This document shows, in pieces, positions 53,320 through 63,478 of a stretch of DNA of 64,000 bases; the stretch's first letter is position 1, and each line of letters opens with the position of its first letter. The notes beneath the pieces were generated by a model, which was not told the origin of the DNA, did no database searches, and worked only from the letters and a program-made list of their open reading frames with translations. The DNA comes from an uncultured Candidatus Pelagibacter sp. (lineage in GTDB: Bacteria; Pseudomonadota; Alphaproteobacteria; Pelagibacterales; Pelagibacteraceae): contig CALSQC010000001.1 of the NCBI GenBank assembly GCA_943788395.1, forward strand, positions 647,035 through 711,034. Reading direction: 5' to 3'. The position numbers and the translations under genes are program-made.

Positions 53320-54234
53320 TTATTTCTTATAACAATTATTAGAGTCCCTTTTTAATTTATTTCCTACTTCGGTACCTAATTCTTTTGCCTTACTAATTTC
53401 TTTAGATGATTTTAGATAAAATCTTTCTCTACCATCTAAGGAAAAAAGTTCTGCTTCAAGATTTACCTTATCTTTATCAATATCAGCAAAAACTCCGACT
53501 GCTGTTTCACAATCACCTTCTAAAACTTTCAAAACATTTCTTTCTGCTAAAACACAATTTTGTGTTTGTATATGATTTATTTTTTTTAATAATTTAATTA
53601 TTGTTTCATCATTATCTCTACACTGCAATGCTACAACTCCTTGTCCAGCACTTGGAATTATTTCTGAAGTTGAAAAGGTTTGAGATATTTTTCTGGTTAA
53701 TCCTAAAGAGTCAATTCCTGCATAAGATAATATAATAGCATCATATAAGCCGTCATTAAGTTTTTTAATTCTCGTATCTACATTTCCTCTTATCAATTTA
53801 AATTTAAGATCTTGTCTTATTCTTTGTATTTGAAATTCTCTTCTAAATGAAGATGTTCCAATAATTGAGCCTGGTTCTAAATTTTTTAAATTTTTATTAT
53901 CTTTGCTAATTAAAATTTCTCTTGGGTTATTTCTTTCTAAAAAACAATTAGTTAGTAACCCCTCAGTTTCTTCTGCTGGCATATCTTTTAATGCGTGAAC
54001 AGCAATATCTATTTTTTTTTCTAATAATTCTTGTTCAATTGTTTTGCAAAATAATCCCTTCCCACCATGCTCTGACACTCTGACATCTTTTATTGTGTCA
54101 CCTTTTGTTGTGATGCTTTTGATCTCAACATTTTCTATTTTTTCATTTTTCGCTATGAGTTCTTTAGCTCTGTTAGCATAAATAAGTGCTAATTTACTTC
54201 CCCTTGATCCAATAATAATTTTTTTATTTCTCAT
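53320..54234 (-). CDS. hemC: porphobilinogen deaminase (hydroxymethylbilane synthase)
   Basis: 304 aa. Motifs IGSRGSKLAL, AVHALKDMP, RGNVDTRIKKL and GQGVVALQCR. Confidence 0.93.
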   Translation of the reverse strand: MRNKKIIIGSRGSKLALIYANRAKELIAKNEKIENVEIKSITTKGDTIKDVRVSEHGGKGLFCKTIEQELLEKKIDIAVHALKDMPAEETEGLLTNCFLERNNPREILISKDNKNLKNLEPGSIIGTSSFRREFQIQRIRQDLKFKLIRGNVDTRIKKLNDGLYDAIILSYAGIDSLGLTRKISQTFSTSEIIPSAGQGVVALQCRDNDETIIKLLKKINHIQTQNCVLAERNVLKVLEGDCETAVGVFADIDKDKVNLEAELFSLDGRERFYLKSSKEISKAKELGTEVGNKLKRDSNNCYKK

Positions 54235-54293
54235 TTTATTACTTTATAATTAGTACTTATATTGAGATTGTATTATTAATAAAAACTAATTTA

Positions 54294-55367
54294 ATGAATA
54301 AAAAACCTATAATTTTAGGAATTGAATCAAGCTGTGATGAGACTGCTGCTTCAATTTTAACTGAAAATGAGCAAGGTTTACCTGTAATTTTATCTAATAT
54401 TGTTTCCAGCCAAGTTGATGTACATAAAGAATTTGGAGGGGTGGTTCCTGAATTAGCAGCAAGATCACATATAGAAAAAATTGATTTAATTACAAAAAAA
54501 GCAATCAATGAAAGTGGAGTAAAAATTCAAGATATAGATGCAATAGCATCGACAGCTGGTCCAGGACTTATCGTTTGTCTATCAGTTGGTTTAAGTTTTG
54601 GAAAAGCCATGGCTTCATCGCTTGACAAACCCTTTATTGCCGTCAATCATCTTGAAGGTCATGCTTTAAGTCCTAAGTTAAATTCAAATCTAAACTATCC
54701 TTATCTTTTACTTTTAATATCTGGTGGACATACTCAATTTTTAAGTGTCAAAGACTTAGGAAATTACAAGAGATTGGGTACAACTATTGATGATGCTGTG
54801 GGTGAAGCTTTTGACAAAACAGCAAAATTACTTGGAATAGCATTTCCTGGGGGTCCTCAAATTGAAGTTTATGCAAGCAAAGGTGATCCGAATAAATATG
54901 AATTACCTAAACCTATTTTTCATAAAGGAGGGTGCAATCTATCCTTTGCAGGTTTAAAAACAGCCGTTCTAAAAATATCTAAACAAATTAAAACTGAACA
55001 AGAGAAATATGATTTAGCAGCGTCTTTTCAAAAAACTGTGGAAGAAATATTGTTAAAAAAAAGTAAAATTGCTTTTGAAGAATTTAAAAAGATCAATAAT
55101 ACTAAAAAAAATATATTTGTAGTTGCTGGCGGAGTTGCTGCAAATAAAAATATAAGATCAGTTTTAGAAAATCTCTGTGCAGATGAAAAATTTGAAGCAA
55201 TTTTTCCTCCAGTAAATTTATGTGGAGACAATGCAGCAATGATAGCAATGGTTGGATTAGAAAAATTTAAATTAAAACAATTTAGTAAGTTAGATCACCC
55301 TGCTAAACCAAGATGGCCATTAGATGAAGATGCCATTTTTTTAAAAGGTGCAGGAGTAAAACTATAA
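54294..55367 (+). CDS. tsaD: tRNA N6-adenosine threonylcarbamoyltransferase
   Basis: 357 aa. Motifs GIESSCDETA, HLEGH and GGVAAN. Confidence 0.93.
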   Translation: MNKKPIILGIESSCDETAASILTENEQGLPVILSNIVSSQVDVHKEFGGVVPELAARSHIEKIDLITKKAINESGVKIQDIDAIASTAGPGLIVCLSVGLSFGKAMASSLDKPFIAVNHLEGHALSPKLNSNLNYPYLLLLISGGHTQFLSVKDLGNYKRLGTTIDDAVGEAFDKTAKLLGIAFPGGPQIEVYASKGDPNKYELPKPIFHKGGCNLSFAGLKTAVLKISKQIKTEQEKYDLAASFQKTVEEILLKKSKIAFEEFKKINNTKKNIFVVAGGVAANKNIRSVLENLCADEKFEAIFPPVNLCGDNAAMIAMVGLEKFKLKQFSKLDHPAKPRWPLDEDAIFLKGAGVKL

Positions 55368-55780
55368 TGCAATATTGGTTAATGAAATCTGAACCAGATG
55401 TTTGGTCAATTGATCAACAAAAAAAAGCTGGAGCTAAAGGAGCGCCATGGGATGGAGTTAGAAATTATCAAGCAGCAAAAAATTTAAAGGGAATGAAAAA
55501 AGGAGATCTTTGTTTTTTTTATCATTCAAACATAGGTAAGGAAATTGTTGGGATTATAGAAGTCATTAAAGAATCATTTTTAGATAAAACAGATGAGAGT
55601 GGCAGATTTGTAGCTGTTCAAGTTAGGTTTAGGGAAAAACTAGTGAAAAGTGTAACACTTGAAGATATTAAAAAAAATAAGGCTCTAAGCCATTTATCAC
55701 TGATTAAGCAAAGTAGGCTCTCAGTTATGCCTATAGACTCTAAAAGCTGGAAAATTATAAATAAGATGAGTAATATTTAA
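55367..55780 (+). CDS. EVE (PUA-like) domain protein
   Basis: 137 aa. The [17 protein letters not shown]-terminus and GDLCFFYHS are typical of EVE domains. Confidence 0.8.
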   Translation: MQYWLMKSEPDVWSIDQQKKAGAKGAPWDGVRNYQAAKNLKGMKKGDLCFFYHSNIGKEIVGIIEVIKESFLDKTDESGRFVAVQVRFREKLVKSVTLEDIKKNKALSHLSLIKQSRLSVMPIDSKSWKIINKMSNI

Positions 55781-55788
55781 CAATCTTA

Positions 55789-57924
55789 ATGAAAAAAAAT
55801 AAAAAAAAACCTAAAGCTAGAAAAAAAGTTTCAAGAAAACCTAAAGCTAGAAAAAAAGTTTCAAGAAAAGCTAAAGCTAGAAAAAAAGTTTCAAGAAAAG
55901 CTAAAGCTAGAAAAAAAGTTTCAAGAAAACTAAAGCTAGAAAAAAGTTTCAAAAAACTAAATACAAAAAAAAATATCAATAATGCTGAAAAAGAATTAAT
56001 TTTTAAAACAAGACCTGAGTGGGTTAATAATGCCTTAGCCAGTAAATCTCAGTATCAAAAAAAATACACTGACTCTATAAAAAATAATAATGAATTTTGG
56101 AAAAAAGAAGGAAAAAGAATTTCTTGGATCAAACCATATAAAAAAATCAAAAATGTTAAATATAGTAAGACTGATGTAAAAATTAAATGGTATGAAGATG
56201 GTACTTTAAATGCTTCAAGCAACTGCATTGATAGACATCTCAAAGATAAAAAAGATAAAACTGCAATAATTTGGGTTGGAGATGATCCTAAAGATACAAG
56301 AAAAATATCATACCAACAATTACACAATGAAGTGTCTAAAGCAGCAAACGGATTGAAAAGTTTAGGTATAAAAAAAGGTGATCGTGTAACAATTTATTTA
56401 ACAATGATTCCCGAATTGGCAATTACAATGTTAGCTTGTGCAAGAATTGGAGCTATTCATTCCATTATTTTTGGTGGTTTTTCTGCAGACTCTATTTCAG
56501 GGAGAATAAATGACTGTGAGTCTGAGTTTATAATTACTGCTGATGAAGGTGTAAGAGGAGGAAAGACTATCCCTTTAAAAGAGATTACAGATGAAGCTCT
56601 TTTAAAATGCCCTAATGTTAAAAAATGCATAGTCGTTAAAAGAACTGGTAATTCTATAAATTGGGTAAACGAGAGAGATATTTGGTACGACGATTTAATA
56701 AAAAATGTCTCTAATCAATGTGACCCTGAAGAAATGAACGCAGAGGATCCATTATTTATTCTTTATACCTCAGGCTCAACAGGGAAGCCCAAGGGTGTTC
56801 TACATACTACAGGTGGATATATGGTTTATGCATCAATGACTCATCAATATATTTTCAATTACAAGCCCAAAGATATTTATTGGTGCACAGCTGATATAGG
56901 ATGGGTAACCGGACATAGTTACATAATCTATGGTCCTCTCGCTAATGGAGCTACAACGATTATGTTTGAGGGTATTCCAACTTACCCTGACAATTCTAGA
57001 TGGTGGCAAATTATAGATAAATATAAAGTGAATATTTTTTATACTGCTCCCACTGCAATTAGAGCATTAATGAGAGATGGTGATGAACCAGTTAAAAAAA
57101 CTTCCAGAAAATCACTAAAATTATTAGGAACGGTTGGAGAGCCAATAAACCCTGAGGCTTGGATGTGGTATTTTAAGACAGTTGGTAATTCAGAATGTCC
57201 TATAGTTGATACTTGGTGGCAAACAGAAACAGGAGGTATCCTGATCAGCCCACAAACTGGTGCGATTGATTTAAAACCAGGTTCAGCAACAAAACCTTTC
57301 TATGGAATTAAACCATCTATTCTTGATCAAAATGGCAAAGAAATTAAAGGTGCCGGACAAGGTAGACTGTGTATTTCTCAATCATGGCCTGGGCAAATGA
57401 GAACAGTTTATGGGGATCACCAAAGATTTATTGATACGTATTTTTCACAATTCGATGGTAAATATTTTACGGGTGACGGAGCAAGAAGAGATAAAGATGG
57501 TTACTATTGGATTACAGGTCGTGTTGACGATGTAATTATAGTTTCAGGACACAATTTAGGAACAGCAGAAATAGAAAGTGCATTTGTTGCTCACCCGAAA
57601 GTTGCTGAGGCAGCAGTGGTTGGTTATCCACATGATATTAAAGGAAACGGCTTGTATTGTTATGTCACTTTAAACGCTGGTGAACAGGATGACTTAGATC
57701 TTGAAAGAGATTTAAAACTTTGGGTTAGAAAACAAATAGGCCCATTAGCAACACCTGATATCATTCACTTCTCACCAGGACTACCTAAAACAAGATCTGG
57801 AAAAATTATGAGAAGAATTTTAAGAAAAATTGCAGCTAATGAACACGATCAATTAGGGGACACAACGACTTTAGCTGATCCAAGTGTTGTTCAAAGTTTA
57901 GTTGATAATAGAAAAAATATTTAG
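55789..57924 (+). CDS. acs: acetyl-CoA synthetase with a repeat-encoded basic N-terminal extension
   Basis: 711 aa. The Acs core runs from about residue 72 (...[34 protein letters not shown]). There is no in-frame ATG, GTG or TTG between 55789 and the core. Confidence 0.9.
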   Translation: MKKNKKKPKARKKVSRKPKARKKVSRKAKARKKVSRKAKARKKVSRKLKLEKSFKKLNTKKNINNAEKELIFKTRPEWVNNALASKSQYQKKYTDSIKNNNEFWKKEGKRISWIKPYKKIKNVKYSKTDVKIKWYEDGTLNASSNCIDRHLKDKKDKTAIIWVGDDPKDTRKISYQQLHNEVSKAANGLKSLGIKKGDRVTIYLTMIPELAITMLACARIGAIHSIIFGGFSADSISGRINDCESEFIITADEGVRGGKTIPLKEITDEALLKCPNVKKCIVVKRTGNSINWVNERDIWYDDLIKNVSNQCDPEEMNAEDPLFILYTSGSTGKPKGVLHTTGGYMVYASMTHQYIFNYKPKDIYWCTADIGWVTGHSYIIYGPLANGATTIMFEGIPTYPDNSRWWQIIDKYKVNIFYTAPTAIRALMRDGDEPVKKTSRKSLKLLGTVGEPINPEAWMWYFKTVGNSECPIVDTWWQTETGGILISPQTGAIDLKPGSATKPFYGIKPSILDQNGKEIKGAGQGRLCISQSWPGQMRTVYGDHQRFIDTYFSQFDGKYFTGDGARRDKDGYYWITGRVDDVIIVSGHNLGTAEIESAFVAHPKVAEAAVVGYPHDIKGNGLYCYVTLNAGEQDDLDLERDLKLWVRKQIGPLATPDIIHFSPGLPKTRSGKIMRRILRKIAANEHDQLGDTTTLADPSVVQSLVDNRKNI
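55810..55956. repeat. 30-bp tandem repeat, 4 full copies plus 1 degenerate copy, at the acs 5' end
   Basis: The unit (c/g)ctaaagctagaaaaaaagtttcaagaaaa starts at 55810, 55840, 55870 and 55900. Copies 1 and 2 are identical, as are copies 3 and 4. A fifth copy from 55930 has lost bases. The encoded peptide is (P/A)KARKKVSRK. Confidence 0.9.
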
Positions 57925-58544
57925 ATTTTTATTAATTTAGAAAATTCATCTTTAATATTATCCCATTTTAATATCATTGAGTTTAAAACTATTTTTCTAT
58001 CTAGAGCCTTTAATTCTTCTGCGATAGGAGCCCACTCATATAATGCTAAGGCACTTTCATTAAAGGGCCATGATTTATAATAGTCATTCCAATCAATTTT
58101 ATCTAACCTTTCTGTAAATTTTTTTTTGGCTTGAGCGACTACTTCTTCAGGCATTCCATTTGCAAGTTCTTGATTTAATATTTCTTCATATATGTTTGTA
58201 GCATTGTCCGTTTTTTTATAATCATAAAAAACACTTAAATAAGATAAACTGTAAAAAGTTAAGTCTTGAAGAGCTACGGAATAGATGTTCCATTTTGCCT
58301 GATTGATAGATGCCAAAAATTTTTCATCATCAAAATGTAGAACCCATTTAGTTCCCATTCTTGTTTTTAAATAATTATATAAAGTTACTTGAGACACCCA
58401 CGCTGATTTTTTTTGAATAAATGATTTAAGATCATCAATATTCTTAATTTTTTTCTTTGGTAAAATTCCTTTGAATAAAGCAAATAAATAAACTCTGAAA
58501 TCCTCAAGTTTTACGTCTTTTAGTTTAAGTTTATATTTAAGCAT
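57921..58544 (-). CDS. hypothetical protein
   Basis: 207-aa ORF, non-membrane, with no motif I recognise. It overlaps the acs stop by 4 nt, convergently. Confidence 0.5.
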   Translation of the reverse strand: MLKYKLKLKDVKLEDFRVYLFALFKGILPKKKIKNIDDLKSFIQKKSAWVSQVTLYNYLKTRMGTKWVLHFDDEKFLASINQAKWNIYSVALQDLTFYSLSYLSVFYDYKKTDNATNIYEEILNQELANGMPEEVVAQAKKKFTERLDKIDWNDYYKSWPFNESALALYEWAPIAEELKALDRKIVLNSMILKWDNIKDEFSKLIKI

Positions 58545-58665
58545 TTTTATCTACCTGTAGTTGTTTTATAATATAAAAACCCTCTAATTTCGACTTATTT
58601 TAGGGGTTTCAATCTATATCAATTTGAGTATGGTTCCTCTTTTTAACCTATAGGGAGAGTAAAAA

Positions 58666-58929
58666 ATGTCAAAACAAGAAAAACACTGGGAAAAAACTAA
58701 AGGTTTGCTATTCATTACTTTAGCAATTTGGTTTGTATTCTCAATTGGCATCTTTTTCTTCGGAACCGAAATGGAAGCATCTAGCTTTAAACCTTTTGGA
58801 TACCCACTGTCGTATTATATGACATGTCAGGGATCATTACTTGCGTTTGTAATTTTGATCTTCTGGTTTGCTGGTAGACAAGAAAAGATAGATGAAGAAT
58901 TTGGTTATACTGAAAGAGAGGATGACTAA
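58666..58929 (+). CDS. DUF4212-type small subunit of a sodium:solute symporter
   Basis: 87 aa, 2 TM segments. Its TAATG overlaps the start of the SSS gene, which is the typical DUF4212 arrangement. Confidence 0.7.
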   Translation: MSKQEKHWEKTKGLLFITLAIWFVFSIGIFFFGTEMEASSFKPFGYPLSYYMTCQGSLLAFVILIFWFAGRQEKIDEEFGYTEREDD

Positions 58930-60743
58930 TGATTAAAGGTAAATTTATAGACAATCTACCAAAAGTTTATGGAATCTACACAGGTGGATTTTTAGCTTTC
59001 ATAATCTTAATGGCGGTTCTTGAACAAGCAGGAGTATCTGCAAAAGCAATTGGTATTGCTTTTGTAGCATTCACTGTTGGTATCTATGCGATAATCGGTT
59101 GGTTATCACGTACACTTCAAGTAGACGCATATTACGTAGCAGGAAGACAAGTTCCTACTGTATTCAACGGAATGGCTACTGCAGCAGACTGGATGTCTGG
59201 TGCTTCATTCGTTGCAATGGCAGGTGGTATTTACTTCAAGGGCTATGGTTATATGGCGCTTCTAGTTGGATGGACAGGTGGATACGTACTTGTGGCTTCT
59301 TTGTTAGCACCTTACTTGAGAAAATTTGGCTGTTACACAGTTCCAGATTTTATCGGTACAAGATACGGTGGTAACTTAGCAAGACTATCTGCAGTGTTAG
59401 TATTAACAGTAGCTTCATTCACTTATGTGACTGCACAAATTAACGCGACAGGAACTATTGCATCAGTTGCACTAGATATTCCTTTTCAAATAGCTGTGTA
59501 TGTTGGATTAGCAAGTATTTTGATGTGTTCATTGCTTGGTGGAATGAGAGCGGTTACATGGACGCAAGTTGCGCAATATATAGTTTTAATTATTGCTTAC
59601 TTACTTCCTGTGTTCTGGATCAGTAACAAAATGGGTGCTGGATTCTTCCCACATTTAATGTTGGCAGATGAAGTAGCTAGAATTGCTGAATTAGAAGGTC
59701 AGTTTGGTTTTGTTAAAAACTCAGCTGCCGACTTAGCTACAGTACCGAAAGGTTTAGCTGGAATAACTAAAGCACACTCATCAGTTAACGGAACAAACTG
59801 GGGATTTATTTCTCTAGCAATTTGTATGATGGCAGGAACAGCTTCTTTGCCTCACGTTATGATGAGATACTTTACTACTCCAAGTGTTAAATCAGCTAGA
59901 AGATCAGTAGCATGGTCGCTACTTTTCATCTTCTTGTTATACTCAACTGCGCCAATGTTAGCTACGTTGTCAAAACTATCATTGATTGATCCAAACCTTG
60001 CGACAGGGATTATTGGTAAATCAATTACTGATGTTCAAGCAATAGACTGGTACCAAAACTGGAACCAAGCAAATCTGATGTTTGTTAGCGACTTTAACGG
60101 AAATGGAACTCTTGAATTAAATGAGTTTTTCATGGGTGGTAAAGCCGTTGTGTTAGCAACTCCAGAAATTGCTGGATTACCTTATGTAATCTCAGGTCTA
60201 GTTGCTGCTGGAGGTATGGCTGCTGCCATGTCTACAGCTGATGGTTTGGTTCTAGCGATTGCAAATGCTTTATCACATGACTTGTACTACAAGATCATTG
60301 ATCCAAAAGCAGAAACTGCAAAAAGACTAATTGTTGCAAGGGTATTACTTGTATTAATTGGTTTTGCTGGAGCAACTATTGCAGCTCTTGAAATTCAAGG
60401 TATCTTAGGTTCAGTAATCTGGGCTTTTGACTTTGCGATGTCAGGATTGTTCTTCCCACTTGTACTAGGTGTATGGTGGAAGAGAGCAAACGCACAAGGT
60501 GCTGTTGCAGGTATGCTACTAGGTTTAGCAGCTGGTACTTGGTATCTAGTTTGGGTACGTACTGGTGGATCTGGATTCTGGGGTATTACTCAACTTACGT
60601 TCGGTATCGTTGGATCGTTGGTTAGTTTAGTGTCTATGGTTGTTGTTAGTTTACTAACAAAAGCACCAGATGCAAAAACTCAAGCAATGGTTGATGAAGT
60701 TCGTATTCCTAGCGGTAAAACAGTTCTAGGAAAACAACACTAA
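58929..60743 (+). CDS. sodium:solute symporter family permease (large subunit)
   Basis: 604 aa, about 13-14 TM segments, with an SSS-like GR..P...NGMATAADWMSGASF region. Noticeably richer in G/C and C-ending codons than its neighbours. Confidence 0.85.
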   Translation: MIKGKFIDNLPKVYGIYTGGFLAFIILMAVLEQAGVSAKAIGIAFVAFTVGIYAIIGWLSRTLQVDAYYVAGRQVPTVFNGMATAADWMSGASFVAMAGGIYFKGYGYMALLVGWTGGYVLVASLLAPYLRKFGCYTVPDFIGTRYGGNLARLSAVLVLTVASFTYVTAQINATGTIASVALDIPFQIAVYVGLASILMCSLLGGMRAVTWTQVAQYIVLIIAYLLPVFWISNKMGAGFFPHLMLADEVARIAELEGQFGFVKNSAADLATVPKGLAGITKAHSSVNGTNWGFISLAICMMAGTASLPHVMMRYFTTPSVKSARRSVAWSLLFIFLLYSTAPMLATLSKLSLIDPNLATGIIGKSITDVQAIDWYQNWNQANLMFVSDFNGNGTLELNEFFMGGKAVVLATPEIAGLPYVISGLVAAGGMAAAMSTADGLVLAIANALSHDLYYKIIDPKAETAKRLIVARVLLVLIGFAGATIAALEIQGILGSVIWAFDFAMSGLFFPLVLGVWWKRANAQGAVAGMLLGLAAGTWYLVWVRTGGSGFWGITQLTFGIVGSLVSLVSMVVVSLLTKAPDAKTQAMVDEVRIPSGKTVLGKQH

Positions 60744-60756
60744 TTAAATTTTTATT

Positions 60757-60780
60757 AAGGGGCGATTTATTTCGCCCCTT
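60757..60780 (+). terminator. 9-bp GC-rich hairpin after the symporter
   Basis: AAGGGGCGA / TCGCCCCTT with a 6-nt loop, 14 nt after the stop. The T-tail is weak, so it could also be only a stability element. Confidence 0.55.
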
Positions 60781-60815
60781 AGTTAAGTTAAAAAACAAAA
60801 TTCCTTTTTATATTT

Positions 60816-61163
60816 ATGCCTGATATTCATCCCGCTATACTTATAATCGATTATATTTTAGGTCTCATTATGTGGACTTTAATTGGAAGAGTAGCGATGA
60901 ATATTTTTCAAAGAGAAAATTCAGAATTCTTTTTTATGAAAGCATTTGTAAAGTTAACAAATCCTTTAATACGTTTATTTAAACCAATAACTCCATCTTT
61001 TATTATTCCTTTTCTTGTTCCACTTTATGTGGCTTGGTTCTTCTATATGATCAGATTTTACCTTATGCCTTATCTATTGGGTTATTCTGTCATGGGAATG
61101 CTCTCTTTTCCTCTAGAAAGTGAAATTGCTGCAGAAATTTATCGAATTTTTGGTAAAAATTAA
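60816..61163 (+). CDS. small membrane protein, YggT-like
   Basis: 115 aa. LTNPLIRLFKPITPSFI resembles the YGGT motif; the call is weak. Confidence 0.4.
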   Translation: MPDIHPAILIIDYILGLIMWTLIGRVAMNIFQRENSEFFFMKAFVKLTNPLIRLFKPITPSFIIPFLVPLYVAWFFYMIRFYLMPYLLGYSVMGMLSFPLESEIAAEIYRIFGKN

Positions 61164-61206
61164 TTCAAATTAAAAAATAAAATTGATACTAGTAATATTG
61201 TAATCA

Positions 61207-61866
61207 ATGAAAAATATAAAAATTTCACCATCAATTTTATCAGCTGATTTTAGTCAATTAGGTAATGAAATTAAAAGACTTGAGGATGGTGGAGCTGATA
61301 TGATTCATGTAGATGTGATGGATGGACACTTTGTTCCAAATTTAACTTTGGGTCCGCCTGTTATAAAGTCCTTAAGACAGTACACCAAAATACCTTTTGA
61401 TGTTCACTTAATGATATCACCAGTCCACAAATACATAGAGGATTATGCAAATGCTGGAGCTGACATCATAACAATTCATCCAGAGGCTACAAGTAACTTG
61501 AACGACTCAATTAAACTTATTAAAAAACTAAATAAAAAAGTTGGCATTTCATTAAATCCTGAAAGTAAAATTGACTTAGTAAAAAAATATTTAGATAAAG
61601 TAGATTTAATTTTAATTATGAGTGTCAATCCTGGCTTTGGAGGTCAAAAGTTTATGCCTGAAGTTTTAGAAAAAATAAAAAAATTAAATAAAATCAAAGG
61701 ACAAGAGAAATTGAATTTTGACATTGAAATAGATGGTGGAATAAACTTTGATAACAGCAAATTAGCTATTGAAGCTGGAGCAAATATTTTAGTTTCAGGT
61801 ACAACTATATTTAAAAATAATGATGGAAATATAAAAAAGAATATTGACCTTTTAAAATCAAGTTAA
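61207..61866 (+). CDS. rpe: ribulose-phosphate 3-epimerase
   Basis: 219 aa. Motifs PSILSADF, HVDVMDGHFVPN and VNPGFGGQKF. Confidence 0.95.
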   Translation: MKNIKISPSILSADFSQLGNEIKRLEDGGADMIHVDVMDGHFVPNLTLGPPVIKSLRQYTKIPFDVHLMISPVHKYIEDYANAGADIITIHPEATSNLNDSIKLIKKLNKKVGISLNPESKIDLVKKYLDKVDLILIMSVNPGFGGQKFMPEVLEKIKKLNKIKGQEKLNFDIEIDGGINFDNSKLAIEAGANILVSGTTIFKNNDGNIKKNIDLLKSS

Positions 61867-61870
61867 AATA

Positions 61871-63478
61871 ATGATTTTTAAAAATTCTATTTCATTTTTA
61901 AAAAAAAAAATTTATTCTTTTTATTTAAACTCCAATATTTATGATCGCAGAATTTCTTTATATGATGACTCTATCCTAACATATAAGCCTAGCCCAAGTT
62001 TACTTGATTGTTTGATTAAATTTAATAAAAAAAAAATAAATATAGAAAATTATTCTATGGATGAAATATGGAATAAAGATTTATTGGAAAAAGATCATAA
62101 TAATTTAAACAGTTTTTTTTGGTTATTTAGCTTAGATTTAAAGTCCTCTAAAAGAGAAACTCAAAATATCATTTTGAAATGGATTGAAAAAAACAATAAA
62201 TATAATTCTAAGAATTGGCAAATTGATATTTTATCAAAAAGAATAATTTCCTGGATTTCAAATGCTAAACTTACTTACGAAGATGGTGAAGTCGTTTATA
62301 GAAATAAATTTAATAATATAATTAAAAAACAAATTAACCATCTAATTAAAGAAATTAATAAATCTGATTGGGTTGATGATAAATTAATTGGTTGTGCGGC
62401 AATTATTTTATCTGGATTATCTTATAACGGGAAAAATAATTATTTATTATCTGGATTAGATTTATTAAAAAAAATTATAAAATTTTCGATAGATGAAAAT
62501 GGATTTCCTAAATCAAGGAATATTAGACAATTAAATTTTTATTTAAAATATTTTATTCTAATTAGAGAATGGTTAAAAGAGTCTCAAAATGATATACCAG
62601 AATACATTGATGAAAATATTTATTATTTAGGTCAAGCTTATGTATTTATATGGCAAAATAAAAAAAAAAATTTTCTATTTAATGGAAATCATAATTCTAA
62701 AAATGAAGATTTTGATAATTATTTAAAAAGATTGGGATACTCTTTTAAAAATCAAAATAATGAATTAGGGGGCTATGTTATTCTAAATAACAAAAAAAAT
62801 TCGTTAATAGTTGATATTGGATCAAGTGTTGACAAAAAATTTTCATCAAATTACCAAGCAGGTGCATTATCTTTTGAAATTGTATCTAATGATAAAAAAT
62901 TGATTAGTAATTGTGGATATTTTCAAGATCATAATCATAAGCTAAATGAACTTTCAAAAACAACAGCTGCACACAGTACGCTAGTAATAAATGATCAATC
63001 TTCTTGTAAATTTAAAAAAGACTCTCAGTCTAATTCCATTATTTCTGATGGATTAAAGATAATAAAAAAAAATATTGTTTTTGAAAAAAACTATTGGAAA
63101 ATTGATGCATCTCATGATGGCTATTTAAAAAATTATGGCATTATTCATAACAGAGAAATAGAATTTTTTCCGGAACAAATGAAGTTCATCGGATACGATA
63201 GATTAATCTCAAAAAATAAAATTAAAAACTTAAAATTTGATATTAGATTTCACTTGGAACCGAGCAGTAAAGTTATGAAAACACAAGATAATAAATCAAT
63301 ATTTATTGACCTTGATGGAGAAGGATGGAAATTTAATTCAGATGATAATAATATTAACATTGATAGTGGTCTATATTTTGGAAAAAAAAATTCTTTTACA
63401 GATAATCAAAATATAAATATTTCAGGCATGACTAACACTGAAAATCAGACTATAAAATGGGAAATTACCAAATTATAA
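61871..63478 (+). CDS. heparinase II/III-like family protein
   Basis: 535 aa. The C-terminal pattern YQAGALSFEIVSNDKKLISNCGY...AAHSTLVIND resembles the Hepar_II_III domain. I recall the rpe-X-purH position being conserved in alphaproteobacteria. Confidence 0.5.
   Translation: MIFKNSISFLKKKIYSFYLNSNIYDRRISLYDDSILTYKPSPSLLDCLIKFNKKKINIENYSMDEIWNKDLLEKDHNNLNSFFWLFSLDLKSSKRETQNIILKWIEKNNKYNSKNWQIDILSKRIISWISNAKLTYEDGEVVYRNKFNNIIKKQINHLIKEINKSDWVDDKLIGCAAIILSGLSYNGKNNYLLSGLDLLKKIIKFSIDENGFPKSRNIRQLNFYLKYFILIREWLKESQNDIPEYIDENIYYLGQAYVFIWQNKKKNFLFNGNHNSKNEDFDNYLKRLGYSFKNQNNELGGYVILNNKKNSLIVDIGSSVDKKFSSNYQAGALSFEIVSNDKKLISNCGYFQDHNHKLNELSKTTAAHSTLVINDQSSCKFKKDSQSNSIISDGLKIIKKNIVFEKNYWKIDASHDGYLKNYGIIHNREIEFFPEQMKFIGYDRLISKNKIKNLKFDIRFHLEPSSKVMKTQDNKSIFIDLDGEGWKFNSDDNNINIDSGLYFGKKNSFTDNQNINISGMTNTENQTIKWEITKL

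Noticed and set aside
55755-55979. Minus-strand ORF with a repeated [11 protein letters not shown] sequence.
   Set aside because: It is an antisense reading of the acs 30-bp repeat, with no independent support.
58545-58665. TPP (THI-box) or other riboswitch upstream of the sodium:solute symporter; also a 7-bp hairpin at 58577..58609.
   Set aside because: There are no CUGAGA / ACCUGA THI-box elements or other riboswitch cores that I can recognise. The hairpin is short, has a 19-nt loop, and looks like a terminator only on the strand where no gene ends.
58666-60743. Higher G/C content of the symporter (and of dctP at 24206..25363) as evidence of horizontal transfer.
   Set aside because: No flanking tRNA, integrase, repeats or other mobile signatures are present. 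The bias is toward C-ending two-fold codons typical of highly expressed genes, and the neighbouring genes are syntenic core functions.
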